Below, piece by piece: positions 35,082-44,700 of a stretch of 64,000 nt of DNA. Source of the stretch: Planctomycetota bacterium (lineage in GTDB: Bacteria; Planctomycetota; B15-G4; SIAN01); NCBI GenBank assembly GCA_031409275.1, contig JANNXA010000022.1, forward strand, positions 192,001-256,000, written 5' to 3'. Numbering within the stretch: position 1 is the first letter of the stretch; each line of letters begins with the position of its first letter. The notes beneath the pieces were generated by a model. The model worked only from the letters and a program-made list of their open reading frames with translations, had not been told where the DNA came from and made no database searches. Both the position numbers and the translations under genes were made by a program.

Positions 35082-37547
35082 ATGATCTCCCTCGCCTCGA
35101 TCGTCTTCGCCGTGATCCCCGCGCCGTTGGCGTTGCCGTTGCAGGCCGCGCCGCCGGAGCGGCATCACCTCGCCGAACTGTCGCTCCAGGATGCGAAGTC
35201 GGTGCGCGCGGCGCATGACGCGGGTGTCGCGCTCGACTGCCAGAGTCGACTGCCGGGCGGTCGCGCCGAGATCACCGTCACCGATCGACAGCTCGCCGAG
35301 CTGCAGCGTCGCGGCGCGCTGGTGCGCGTCACTCAACCCGATCTCGAGAAGTTCTATGCGGCGCGTCTCGAGGCACGACCGCCGCGGCGTCCCTCCCCCG
35401 CCATCGACTGGGCCGGCGGCAGCATGGGTGGCTACTTCACGTTGGCCGAAGTGGAGGCGCTGCTCGACCAGTTCGCGACCGACTACCCGTCGATCTGCAG
35501 CGCCAAATTCTCGCTCGGCCAGAGCGTCGAAGGCCGCGAGCTGTGGGCGGTCAAGGTCTCCGACCAGCCAGGCATCGATGAGAACGAGCCGGAAGCTCGA
35601 TTCGATTCGCTCCACCACGCGCGCGAACCGGTCGGAATGCACGCGACGCTCTACTTCCTCGACTGGCTGCTGTCGAACTACGGCAGCGATCCGTTGGCGA
35701 CCCACCTCGTCGATGAGCGCGAGATCTGGTTCATCCCGGTGGTGAACCCCGACGGCTACGAATACAACCGCGCGATCGCGCCCAATGGCGGCGGGCTGTG
35801 GCGCAAGAACCGGCGCGACAACGGCGACGGCACCTTCGGCGTCGACCTGAACCGCAACTACTCCTACCAGTGGGGCTACGACAACTCCGGCTCGAGCGGC
35901 AACACTGGCAGCGAGACCTATCGCGGCCCTTCCGCGGCTTCGGAGCCCGAGACGCAGGCGATGGAGGCCTTCCTCAGCAGTCGCGAATTCGCGACCTCCA
36001 TCTCCGCCCACACCTACTCGAACCTCTGGCTCTTCCCGTGGGGCTACGACTGCTTCGACCCACCGCAGCGCAGCGCGTTCGACGGCATCGCGGAGTGGTT
36101 CACCGTCGAGAACGGCTACGTGCACGGCACGATCTGCCAGGCGCTCTACTCGGCCAACGGCAACACCGTCGACTACGACCACGGCGTGCTCGGCACCTGG
36201 TCGGGCACGGTGGAGATCGGCGGCAACGGCGACGGCTTCTGGCCGGCCGCATCCCGCATCATTCCGCTGATCGAGGAGAACCTGCGCGGCTTCCAGCGCA
36301 TCGCCCTCTACGCCGCGGCGGGACTCGAGAGCAGCGATTGGTCGTGGCAGGAATCGACCGGCGACGGCGACGTTTGGCTCGATCCCGGCGAGGAGTTCGA
36401 CCTGGCGCTGACGCTGCGCAACATCGGGACGCTCGCGACCAACGGCGCGGCCACCGTGACCGTCTCGACGAGCGCCGCGGACGTGGTCGTCATCGATGGC
36501 TTCCATGACTTCGGCACGATCGCCGCGTTCGCACAGTCGGACAATCTCGCGCTGCCGTTGCGCGTCCAGATCGCGCCGGGCGCCACCGCCGGGCAACGCA
36601 TCGTCGTGCAGGCCGACCTCTCCTACGACGGATTCGTCGAGAGCCACGCGGTCGAGTTCCTGATCGGCGAGCCGTCGCGCATGGACGACGACGATCTCGA
36701 GATCAACCTCGGCTGGATCGCCGGAGATGCGTCCGACACGGCCGTGAACGGCCGCTTCGAGATCGCCGATCCGCAGCTGACGACGTCGGGCGGCAACACT
36801 TCGCAACCGGCCGACGACCACACGGCGAGCGGCACACTGTGCGCGGTGACGGACGGTCGCGCCGGCAGCAGCGCCGGCACCTACGACGTCGACAGCGGCA
36901 AGACGACGCTCTACAGCCCGCAGTTCGACCTTGAAGACAGCGTCGCGCCGCTGGTCTCGTACTGGCGCTGGTTCACCAACCTGACCAATGCCGACGACGC
37001 CTTCGTCGTCTCGATCAGCGCCGATGGCGGCGCGACCTGGAGCGAGGTCGAACGCGTCACCGGCAACCGGAATTCCTGGCAGCAGGTTCGCTTCGACCCC
37101 GCGGCCTACGTTGCGCTGACCGATCGGATGCAGCTGCGATTCGTCGTCGCCGACGACCCGAACAACTCGTTGACCGAGGCGCTCGTCGACGATCTCGGCT
37201 TCGACGCGTTCCCGACCGGTCGGGTCATGCTGTGGCGCTACGGCAGCGCGCGCCCCGGCGGCTCGCTGCGACTGCACGTCCAGGGCGTCGCCAACCAGTC
37301 GTTCGTCCTGTGGGGCGCGCAGTCGGGTGGCAGCCTGTTCCTGAAGAAGCTCGGCCTCCTCGAACTCGACGCCGCGACGATGATTCCGGTGCTCGCCGAC
37401 ACGACCGGACCCAGCGGCCGCTACACGCTGATCGCCGACCTGCCGGCCGATCCGACCCTCTCGGGCGTCGAGATCCACGTGCAACCGCTGGTGCTCGATC
37501 CGGCGGGCGCCTACCTCGGGAACGCGATCGATTTCGTGATCGAGTGA
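35082..37547 (+). CDS. M14 zinc carboxypeptidase (carboxypeptidase T-like) with accessory beta domains and shared C-terminal domain
   Basis: HHARE, NPDG, WRKNR, GVDLNRNY, YRGP...SEPET, HTYS, VEIG; AGGAG RBS. Confidence 0.93.
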   Translation: MISLASIVFAVIPAPLALPLQAAPPERHHLAELSLQDAKSVRAAHDAGVALDCQSRLPGGRAEITVTDRQLAELQRRGALVRVTQPDLEKFYAARLEARPPRRPSPAIDWAGGSMGGYFTLAEVEALLDQFATDYPSICSAKFSLGQSVEGRELWAVKVSDQPGIDENEPEARFDSLHHAREPVGMHATLYFLDWLLSNYGSDPLATHLVDEREIWFIPVVNPDGYEYNRAIAPNGGGLWRKNRRDNGDGTFGVDLNRNYSYQWGYDNSGSSGNTGSETYRGPSAASEPETQAMEAFLSSREFATSISAHTYSNLWLFPWGYDCFDPPQRSAFDGIAEWFTVENGYVHGTICQALYSANGNTVDYDHGVLGTWSGTVEIGGNGDGFWPAASRIIPLIEENLRGFQRIALYAAAGLESSDWSWQESTGDGDVWLDPGEEFDLALTLRNIGTLATNGAATVTVSTSAADVVVIDGFHDFGTIAAFAQSDNLALPLRVQIAPGATAGQRIVVQADLSYDGFVESHAVEFLIGEPSRMDDDDLEINLGWIAGDASDTAVNGRFEIADPQLTTSGGNTSQPADDHTASGTLCAVTDGRAGSSAGTYDVDSGKTTLYSPQFDLEDSVAPLVSYWRWFTNLTNADDAFVVSISADGGATWSEVERVTGNRNSWQQVRFDPAAYVALTDRMQLRFVVADDPNNSLTEALVDDLGFDAFPTGRVMLWRYGSARPGGSLRLHVQGVANQSFVLWGAQSGGSLFLKKLGLLELDAATMIPVLADTTGPSGRYTLIADLPADPTLSGVEIHVQPLVLDPAGAYLGNAIDFVIE

Positions 37548-37637
37548 CGACGGCGCGCTGCGCGTCCGGTGGGCCTCCGCGTGCGCGGGCGCGGAGAAAG
37601 GTCCTCGTGTGCTGCCAATCGCCGGCACAATGGCGCC

Positions 37638-39374
37638 ATGACCGCTCCTGACGCCCCCGTTCCCTCCACTCCGTCCACCCCATCCGAACCGGTCGCCGCC
37701 ACGGCGAAGGGGTTCGCCGCGCTTGGCGTCGACCCCGCCGCCTGCGCCGACCTTGCCGCGCTCGGCTACGAAGAACCCACGCCGATCCAGCGCGAGGCGA
37801 TCCCGCCGCTGCTCGCCGGCCGCGATGTACTGGGGCAGGCGGCGACCGGCACCGGCAAGACGGCAGCCTTCGCGTTGCCGCTGCTGCAGATCGCGGTCAC
37901 CGGCAAGCCGGTGCGCAACAAGCCGACGGCGCTGGTGCTGGTGCCGACGCGCGAACTCGCCATGCAGGTCGCCGAGGCGATCCATCGCTATGGCCGCGGA
38001 CGTCAGGCGACGGTGCTGCCGATCTACGGCGGGCAGGAGATCCGTCAGCAGTTGCGCGTGCTCGACCGCGGCGTCGAAGTGATCGTCGCGACTCCGGGTC
38101 GGGCGCTCGACCATCTGAACCGCCGCTCGCTCATGCTCGACAACGTGAAGCTCGCCGTGCTCGACGAAGCCGACGAGATGCTCGACATGGGTTTCGCCGA
38201 GGACATCGAGTCGATCCTCTCGAAGCTCCCGAAGGAGCATCAGACCGCGCTCTTCTCGGCGACGCTGGCACCGCGCATCCTCGCCATCGCCCGCTCGCAT
38301 CTGCGCGATCCGGTGCGGGTCACCATCGCGCGCGAGCGGACCGCGGCCGGCACCGCGCCGCGCGTGCGCCAGGTCGCCTACATGGTGCCGCGGCCGGTGA
38401 AGCACGCGGCGCTCGGACGCGTGCTCGACATGGAGCAGCCGACCTCGGCGATCGTCTTCTGCCGTACGCGCCTCGAAGTCGACGAGCTGTGCGAGACGAT
38501 GAACGCGCGCGGCTGGCGGGCCGAGGCGCTGCATGGCGGCTTCATGCAGGAGCAGCGCGATCGCGTGATGAAGCGCTTCCGCGAACAGCAGGCCGACCTG
38601 TTGATCGCGACCGACGTCGCAGCGCGCGGGCTCGACATCGAGCACGTCTCGCACGTGGTGAACTACGGCGTCCCCTCCGACCCGGATGACTACGTCCATC
38701 GAATCGGGCGCACCGGACGCGCCGGACGCGAAGGGGTGGCGATCACCTTCGTCGAGCCGCGCGAGCATCGGCTGCTGAAGAACCTCGAGTTCGCGACGCG
38801 GCAGAAGATCTCGCTCGAGAACCTCCCCACCATCGCCGACTTGAAGAGCCGGCGCCTCGAGCTGACGCGCGCTTCGCTGCGCGAGGCGGTGCTGGCCGGC
38901 GAGCTCGAGCCCTTCAAGCGGATGATCGAGGAGCTCTCGAGCGAACTCGACGTGATGGACGTGGCGGCCGCCGCGGCCAAGCTCGTCCATGACGCCAACC
39001 ACGCCGCTTCCGGCGAACAGGCGGACGAGCAGGACCTCGCGATTCCGCCGCCGCGCGAACACGGCTTCGGTGGCGAGCGGGCGCCGTTCCGCGGGCCGCC
39101 CGGGGCTCGCGCTCCGGTCGGGCCGGGCGGTGCCGAGACGGGTCGCATCTTCATCGGCGCCGGTCGCATCGACGGGCTGCGACCGGGCGACCTCGTCGGC
39201 GCGATCGCCAACGAAGCGGGCGTGCCGGGCGAAGCGATCGGCTCGATCCGCATCACCGACCGTTTCGCGCTGGTGGACGTTCCCATCGACGCCGTCGAAC
39301 AGGTGATCTTCGCGTTGCGCGGCTCCTCGATCCGCGGTCGCCGCGTCGTCGTTCGGCGCGACCTGCACGCGTGA
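37638..39374 (+). CDS. deaD: DEAD-box RNA helicase with DbpA-type RNA-binding C-terminal domain (DeaD/CsdA-like)
   Basis: PTPIQ, ATGTGKT, PTRELA, TPGR, DEAD, SAT, ARGLD, HRIGRTGRAG; C-terminal G..DGLRPGDLVGAIANEAG. Confidence 0.93.
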   Translation: MTAPDAPVPSTPSTPSEPVAATAKGFAALGVDPAACADLAALGYEEPTPIQREAIPPLLAGRDVLGQAATGTGKTAAFALPLLQIAVTGKPVRNKPTALVLVPTRELAMQVAEAIHRYGRGRQATVLPIYGGQEIRQQLRVLDRGVEVIVATPGRALDHLNRRSLMLDNVKLAVLDEADEMLDMGFAEDIESILSKLPKEHQTALFSATLAPRILAIARSHLRDPVRVTIARERTAAGTAPRVRQVAYMVPRPVKHAALGRVLDMEQPTSAIVFCRTRLEVDELCETMNARGWRAEALHGGFMQEQRDRVMKRFREQQADLLIATDVAARGLDIEHVSHVVNYGVPSDPDDYVHRIGRTGRAGREGVAITFVEPREHRLLKNLEFATRQKISLENLPTIADLKSRRLELTRASLREAVLAGELEPFKRMIEELSSELDVMDVAAAAAKLVHDANHAASGEQADEQDLAIPPPREHGFGGERAPFRGPPGARAPVGPGGAETGRIFIGAGRIDGLRPGDLVGAIANEAGVPGEAIGSIRITDRFALVDVPIDAVEQVIFALRGSSIRGRRVVVRRDLHA

Positions 39375-39381
39375 GGTCTCG

Positions 39382-39882
39382 ATGAAGTCTGATCGCTCGA
39401 TCTCCCGACTCCGTCGCACGATCGCCGGGCTGCTCCTGGTCGGGGTCGGTGGATGCGCATCATCCGCCACCACGATGGATGCGGCGTGGAGCGTCGACCA
39501 GCGCGAGGCGCTGGCCACGGTGCAGGCGCTGTTCGACGCGATGGCGGCGCACGACGCGGCCGCGGCGGAGCGGGTGCTCCTCGTCGATGGAACGCTCTAC
39601 AGCGTCAGCCGCGACGCGAATGGCCCGCGGGTGGAGCGCGCGACGTGGCGCGAGTTCCTCGCGAGTCTGGCGGCGGAGTCGGGCAAGGCGAGGGGCTTTC
39701 ATGAGCAGTTCGTCGGCGCGCCGACGGTGCTGGTCGACGGCGACGTGGCCGTCGTGTGGGGCGCCTACCGTTTCGATCTCGACGGCGTCCCCCACCATTG
39801 CGGCATCGATGCCATGACTTTGGTGCGCACGGTCGACGGCTGGCGCATCGCGGTCGGCGCCGACACGCGCGTCTCTCGCTGA
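39382..39882 (+). CDS. NTF2-like (SnoaL/DUF4440-like) lipoprotein
   Basis: VGGC lipobox; LFDAMAAHD; A.VW..Y.F..DG...HCG.D...LVR..DGWRI. Confidence 0.8.
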   Translation: MKSDRSISRLRRTIAGLLLVGVGGCASSATTMDAAWSVDQREALATVQALFDAMAAHDAAAAERVLLVDGTLYSVSRDANGPRVERATWREFLASLAAESGKARGFHEQFVGAPTVLVDGDVAVVWGAYRFDLDGVPHHCGIDAMTLVRTVDGWRIAVGADTRVSR

Positions 39883-39898
39883 TCCGCCGCGCCGACGC

Positions 39899-40267
39899 TC
39901 AGAACGCGGTCGTGCGGAAGTTCTGCGCGCCGCAATAGGGGCACAAGGACGTGCGCAGCGACACGACGCGGCCGCAGCGTGCGCACTTCTGCGGCACGAG
40001 TTCGGTGCGCCCATTCAACTTGCCGTCCCGCAGGTCGATCTCCTCGATCAGCGCGACGATCTCGGCCTCCGTGGCGCCGCTCTTCGCCTTCATCAGCGTC
40101 CACATCGCCTCGCAGATCATCTGCAGCCGGTCGACCTGGCCGCGCAGTTCATCGTTCTGCTGCTGCGCGGCGCGCGCGGCCTCGATGGCGTCGGCCGCGC
40201 GTTGGGAGGCGCCGTGACCGCCGCCGCTGGTCGGCAGCTCGAACGGGCGAAACGGAGAATCGCTCAT
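39899..40267 (-). CDS. Small coiled-coil protein with C-terminal zinc ribbon
   Basis: EAMWTLMK, EIDLRDGKLNG, CARCG...CPYCG; start ATG 40267 inferred. Confidence 0.72.
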   Translation of the reverse strand: MSDSPFRPFELPTSGGGHGASQRAADAIEAARAAQQQNDELRGQVDRLQMICEAMWTLMKAKSGATEAEIVALIEEIDLRDGKLNGRTELVPQKCARCGRVVSLRTSLCPYCGAQNFRTTAF

Positions 40268-40355
40268 CGATCGGCTCCAGGCGCGAGAGCGCGGCCCCCG
40301 CCGCGACGGCGCGAAGCGTAGCATCGCCGCACCTTCCGCTCCCGAAGAGACGACG

Positions 40356-41021
40356 ATGGCACTGGTCCGCATCGAGGTCGAGCCGACCGCCGGGCCGCTT
40401 CCAGCGCCGATCGCGCGCTTCATCGATGCCGCCAACGAGCGCATCGATCACTTCCATGGCACGCGCACCAAGCGACCGCTGCACGGCTTCGTCCCAAGCG
40501 ACTTCGAGCAGGCGTGGCGCGTGATCGATGCGATCGCACGCGCGAAGCTGGCGCCGGGACGACGCTTCTGTGAATGGGGATGCGGCTTCGCGGCGGTGGC
40601 GGGACTCGCTTCGCTCTGCGGCTTCGACGCCTCGGGCATCGAGATCGAGCGCGACCTCGTCGACGAGGCGCGTCGACTGACCGGCGACTTCGCGCTCGAC
40701 GTCGCCCTTGCGCACGGCAGCTTCGTGCCGCCCGATGCCGAGGAGCTAGGTGCCTGCAACGAAGAGTTCAGCTGGATCAGCGAAGGCGGCCCCGATGGGC
40801 ATGCGGTGCTGCGCCTCGACCCCGATGACCTCGACGTCATCTTCGCCTACCCGTGGCCCGGGGAAGAGGCGGTGATCGACCGCCTCTTCGACACCTTCGC
40901 CGCCTCGGAAGCGCTGCTGGTGACGTTCCACGGAAAAGAGGGGCTGCGCGTCGAACGCAAGGTCACCGACTTGCGCTGCCTGACGCGACGACCCGGTCCA
41001 TCGGGGCCACGCGGGCGCTGA
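40356..41021 (+). CDS. Class I SAM-dependent methyltransferase
   Basis: GFVPSDF, FCEWGCGFA (motif I), GIEIE, DVIFAYPWPGE. Confidence 0.8.
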   Translation: MALVRIEVEPTAGPLPAPIARFIDAANERIDHFHGTRTKRPLHGFVPSDFEQAWRVIDAIARAKLAPGRRFCEWGCGFAAVAGLASLCGFDASGIEIERDLVDEARRLTGDFALDVALAHGSFVPPDAEELGACNEEFSWISEGGPDGHAVLRLDPDDLDVIFAYPWPGEEAVIDRLFDTFAASEALLVTFHGKEGLRVERKVTDLRCLTRRPGPSGPRGR

Positions 41022-41067
41022 CGCGCTGCTGGCCGTGGCGCGTTCGTGCGTGCGCGCCACCGCGGGC

Positions 41068-41603
41068 TCAGAACGAGCCGCTTGCGGAGGGGCGCGCGGC
41101 ATCGTCGAACGCTCCCGCGTTGGACATCTGGATCGCGAGCATCTGCGCGACGGCGGCCTGCTCGAAGTTGCTGCCGGCGCGAGCGAACGCCGCCCTGGCG
41201 TTGGGAATCACGACGGAAAAGCGCGCGCGCACGTCGCTCCCCACCGCGTTGTAGTCGAGCGTCTGGAAATGCGCGACGGCGTTGTTCTTGGCCCGCTCCA
41301 CGGCGTCGTCGACGCCATCGCTGACCTGTCCCGCCGGATTGCCCGCAGCACGCGAAACCCCCTCTGCCATCCTCTTGGCAGCGGACCATCCAAGCTCGAA
41401 GTTGGCCTCGCGGGCGTCGTAGGCGACGCCTGCCGCGTTCTTCGCGAACTTGAGGGTGACCGGCTTGCTGGCTTTGGCCCCCCGATCGCAAAGTCGTACG
41501 TCTTGCGCGAGGTCTTGAGGTACTCGCTGTCGTTCAGCTCGTGCTCCGCCTTCTCGAGGAGGTTCCCGACCTCGCGGCCGATCGGCGTGGCGCCGCCGCT
41601 CAC
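41068..41603 (-). pseudogene. Hypothetical gene interrupted by a frameshift at a G6 run (pseudogene, phase-variable gene or sequencing error)
   Basis: GC3-rich coding signal is in one frame up to ...YDFAIGG and in another from AKASKPVTLKF...; the switch is at CCCCCC 41478-41483. Confidence 0.6.
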
Positions 41604-41762
41604 GGAAGATCGGCTCGCACCGTTCGGGGCACGTGCTGCCGGCAACGTGAACCACTGAAACAGCGGCTGCTCCGAGGCGAGGTGGCGCCGCCAACGGAGC
41701 AGGGACTTCGTGAATCCGCTGGGCTAGGATCCCGCGATTCCTCGCCATTCCCGGAGCCGACG

Positions 41763-44700
41763 ATGAGCGATTCGAAGCGAATTTGCAGCGCGTGGAGTTG
41801 GCTGTCCGTCCTGCTCCTGCCGGCTTCGGCGCTGGCGCAGAACTCGGCACCGCAAGGCGTAAGCGCCGGCTTCACCGAGCTCTTCGACGGGACGCTCGCG
41901 GGCTGGAAGGCCAACGAGCACTCCGACTCGTTCCGGCTCGACGGCAAGGAGCTGGTGGTGCACGGCGAGCGCGGCCACCTCTTCTACGTCGGCGCGGTGA
42001 ACCACGCCGAGTTCGAGAACTTCGAACTCGAGGTCGAAGCGTTGACCAAGCCGGGCGCCAACAGCGGCGTCTTCTTCCACACGAGCTGGCAGGCGGAGGG
42101 TTGGCCGAGCGACGGCTACGAAGCGCAGGTGAACTCGACGCACGGGGACGAGATCAAGAGCGGCAGCCTCTACGGCGTGGTGAAGGTGAACCCGGCGCCC
42201 ACTCAGGACGAGCAGTGGTTCACGATGAACGTTCGCGTCGTCGGTCGTCGCATCACGACCCGCATCGACGGCCGCATCGTGGTCGACTACCTCGAACCGC
42301 TCGCAACCCCGGGACCTCGCCATCTCTCGAAGGGCACGTTCGCCCTGCAGGCGCACGATCCCGCCAGCGAAGTGCGCTACCGCGCCGTTCGCGTGCGCGC
42401 GTTGCCGGCCGGCGACGGCGCGCCGCTCACGCGCGCCGACCGCGCGTCACTCCGACGCGATCGCCCCAACTGGTGGGAACGGATGGACTACGGCCCCTTC
42501 AACACCAGCGTCGTCGACGTGTCGCCGGAGCGCAGCGTCTTCAAGGGCATCACGATCGAACTCGATCCCGACCGTTCGGCATCGATGACCTTCGACACCG
42601 ACCTGTTGTGCGCCGCCGCCGGCTGGCCAGGACCGCTCCAGCTCACTGGGACGCCGTTCGACGGCGCGCACGGTCCGCAGCCGAGCGTGACCGGCACCGC
42701 GTGGTTCACGAATCCGGTCGCGGCGGGAGCGTCGCACGATGGCAACCACCTCGACCAGCGCGCGATTCCATCGGGGCCGATGCCGCGGGCGCGCGGTCGC
42801 TATCGCGGCCTCTCGCGATACGGGGACGACGTGGTGCTCCGCTACGACATCGGTAGCGCGTCGATCCTCGAGCACCCCGACTTCGAGGCGAACGACGGGG
42901 TGCGCTCCATCACGCGCGCCTTCTCGATCGGCAAGGCGCCGCATCCGCTGAGCGTGCTGCTCTGCACGGAAATGGGCGCGCGCGCCGAGCTGCTCGAGGG
43001 CGGCCGATTGGCCGTGCTGCACCCCGCCTCGCTGCTCCCCTCCGGGAACGGGGATCGCGTGATCACCCTGGTCGATCGCACCGACGCGGAGTGGAGCGAC
43101 CTCGCGATGGGCGCGCCGGCTGCCGGCGACCTGCTCGATCGCGCGCGCAACCCGGCGGCGAAGTTCCGCGTGGTCGATGGGTTCGCCGCGGCCGACGCGC
43201 AGTCGGGCGCGATCGGCGACGAGCTGCCGCGACTCGGCGATGGCGAGCTGCCGACGAGCGCCGATGAGCCCGGCAAGGTCGCTTTCTTCGACGCGGGCAC
43301 CGGTCGCGTGCTGGTCGAACTCGGTGAAGAGCGCGACGTCGCGCGCATCAACACGTACTCCTGGCATCGCGCCGATCGAGCCGTGCAGCACTTCACGCTG
43401 TGGGGAAGCGCCTCCGCCGAGGCGGATCCCAAAGCGCCCGAGCTCGCTGCGGCGGGCTGGCGGCACCTCGCCGACGTCGACTCCGGGCCGCTTGGCGAAG
43501 GGGGCAAGCACGGCAGCACGATCACCAATCTGGGAGGCCTCGTCGGCCGCTTCCGGTCGCTGCTCTTCGAACTGCCGCGCAACCACGTCGATCAGGGCAC
43601 GTTCCTCGCCGAAGTCGACCTCTTCGTCGCCGGTGATCCGCTGCCGGCGCTGAAAGAGCCGCACGCGCGCGGCGATCGTCGACCGCTGACGGTCGCGCTG
43701 GTGGATGGTCCGAAGTCGGCACGGCTCGTCCGCGAGGGCGATCAGCTCCGCCTCGACGTGCCCGCCGCGGCGCTGCCGTGCTCGCTCAAGGTCGCGCTCA
43801 CGCGGGAAGCGACGGCGCCAACGCTGCGCACGTTCGCCGGTCTTGCGCCCTGCGCCGACCTGGCGGCGATGACGCGAGGCGGCCCGTCGCTGTGGCCGGA
43901 GACGCTGGTCACCAAAGGCGTGCAGGACGCGGGCAGCGCGGCCTACGTCGTCGACGACATCCCGGTGCCATTCACCAATCCCTGGGCGGCGTCACTGCGA
44001 ATCGGCGGCTTCGACTTCTTCAAGGATGGCAAGCGCGCCGCCGTGTGCACCTGGAACGGCGACGTCTGGATCGTGTCGGGCATCGGTGGCGACTTCGGTC
44101 CGATCACCTGGAGGCGGTTCGCGGCGGGCCTGTTCGAGACGCTCGGGCTGGCGATCGTCGACGACGTGATCTACGTGAACGGCCGCGACCAGATCACGCG
44201 ACTGCACGACCTGGACGGTGACGGCGAGGCGGACGACTACGAGTGCTTCAACAACGACGTCTTCACCACGCGCAACTTCCATGAGTTCGCGTTCGACCTG
44301 CAGACCGATCGCGACGGCAACTTCTATTTCGCCAAGGCGGGGCCGGTGCGGCCGGGTGGCCGCGGTTTCGACGCGATCGTGCCGCACAACGGCACCGTAC
44401 TGAAGCTCAGCAAGGATGGCAGCCGGCTCGACCTCTATTCGACCGGCTTGCGCGCGCCCAACGGCATCGGCGTCGGCCCCGACGGTCAGGTGACGGCCGG
44501 CGACAACGAGGGCACCTGGGTCCCCCACTGCAAACTCCACTGGCTGAAGCCTGGCAGCTTCCAGGGCGTCGTCGACACGGCGCACCGCTCCGAGAAGCCG
44601 ACCGACTACAACCGCCCGCTCTGCTGGTTTCCGATGGGCGTCGACAACTCGGGCGGCGGCCAGACGTGGATCACCTCGCAACGGTTCGGTCCGTTCGCTG

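Noticed and set aside
34929..39518. 1529-aa minus-strand ORF
   Set aside because: Antisense shadow of the M14 peptidase and DEAD helicase genes; no motifs, and long stop-free antisense frames are expected at this GC content.
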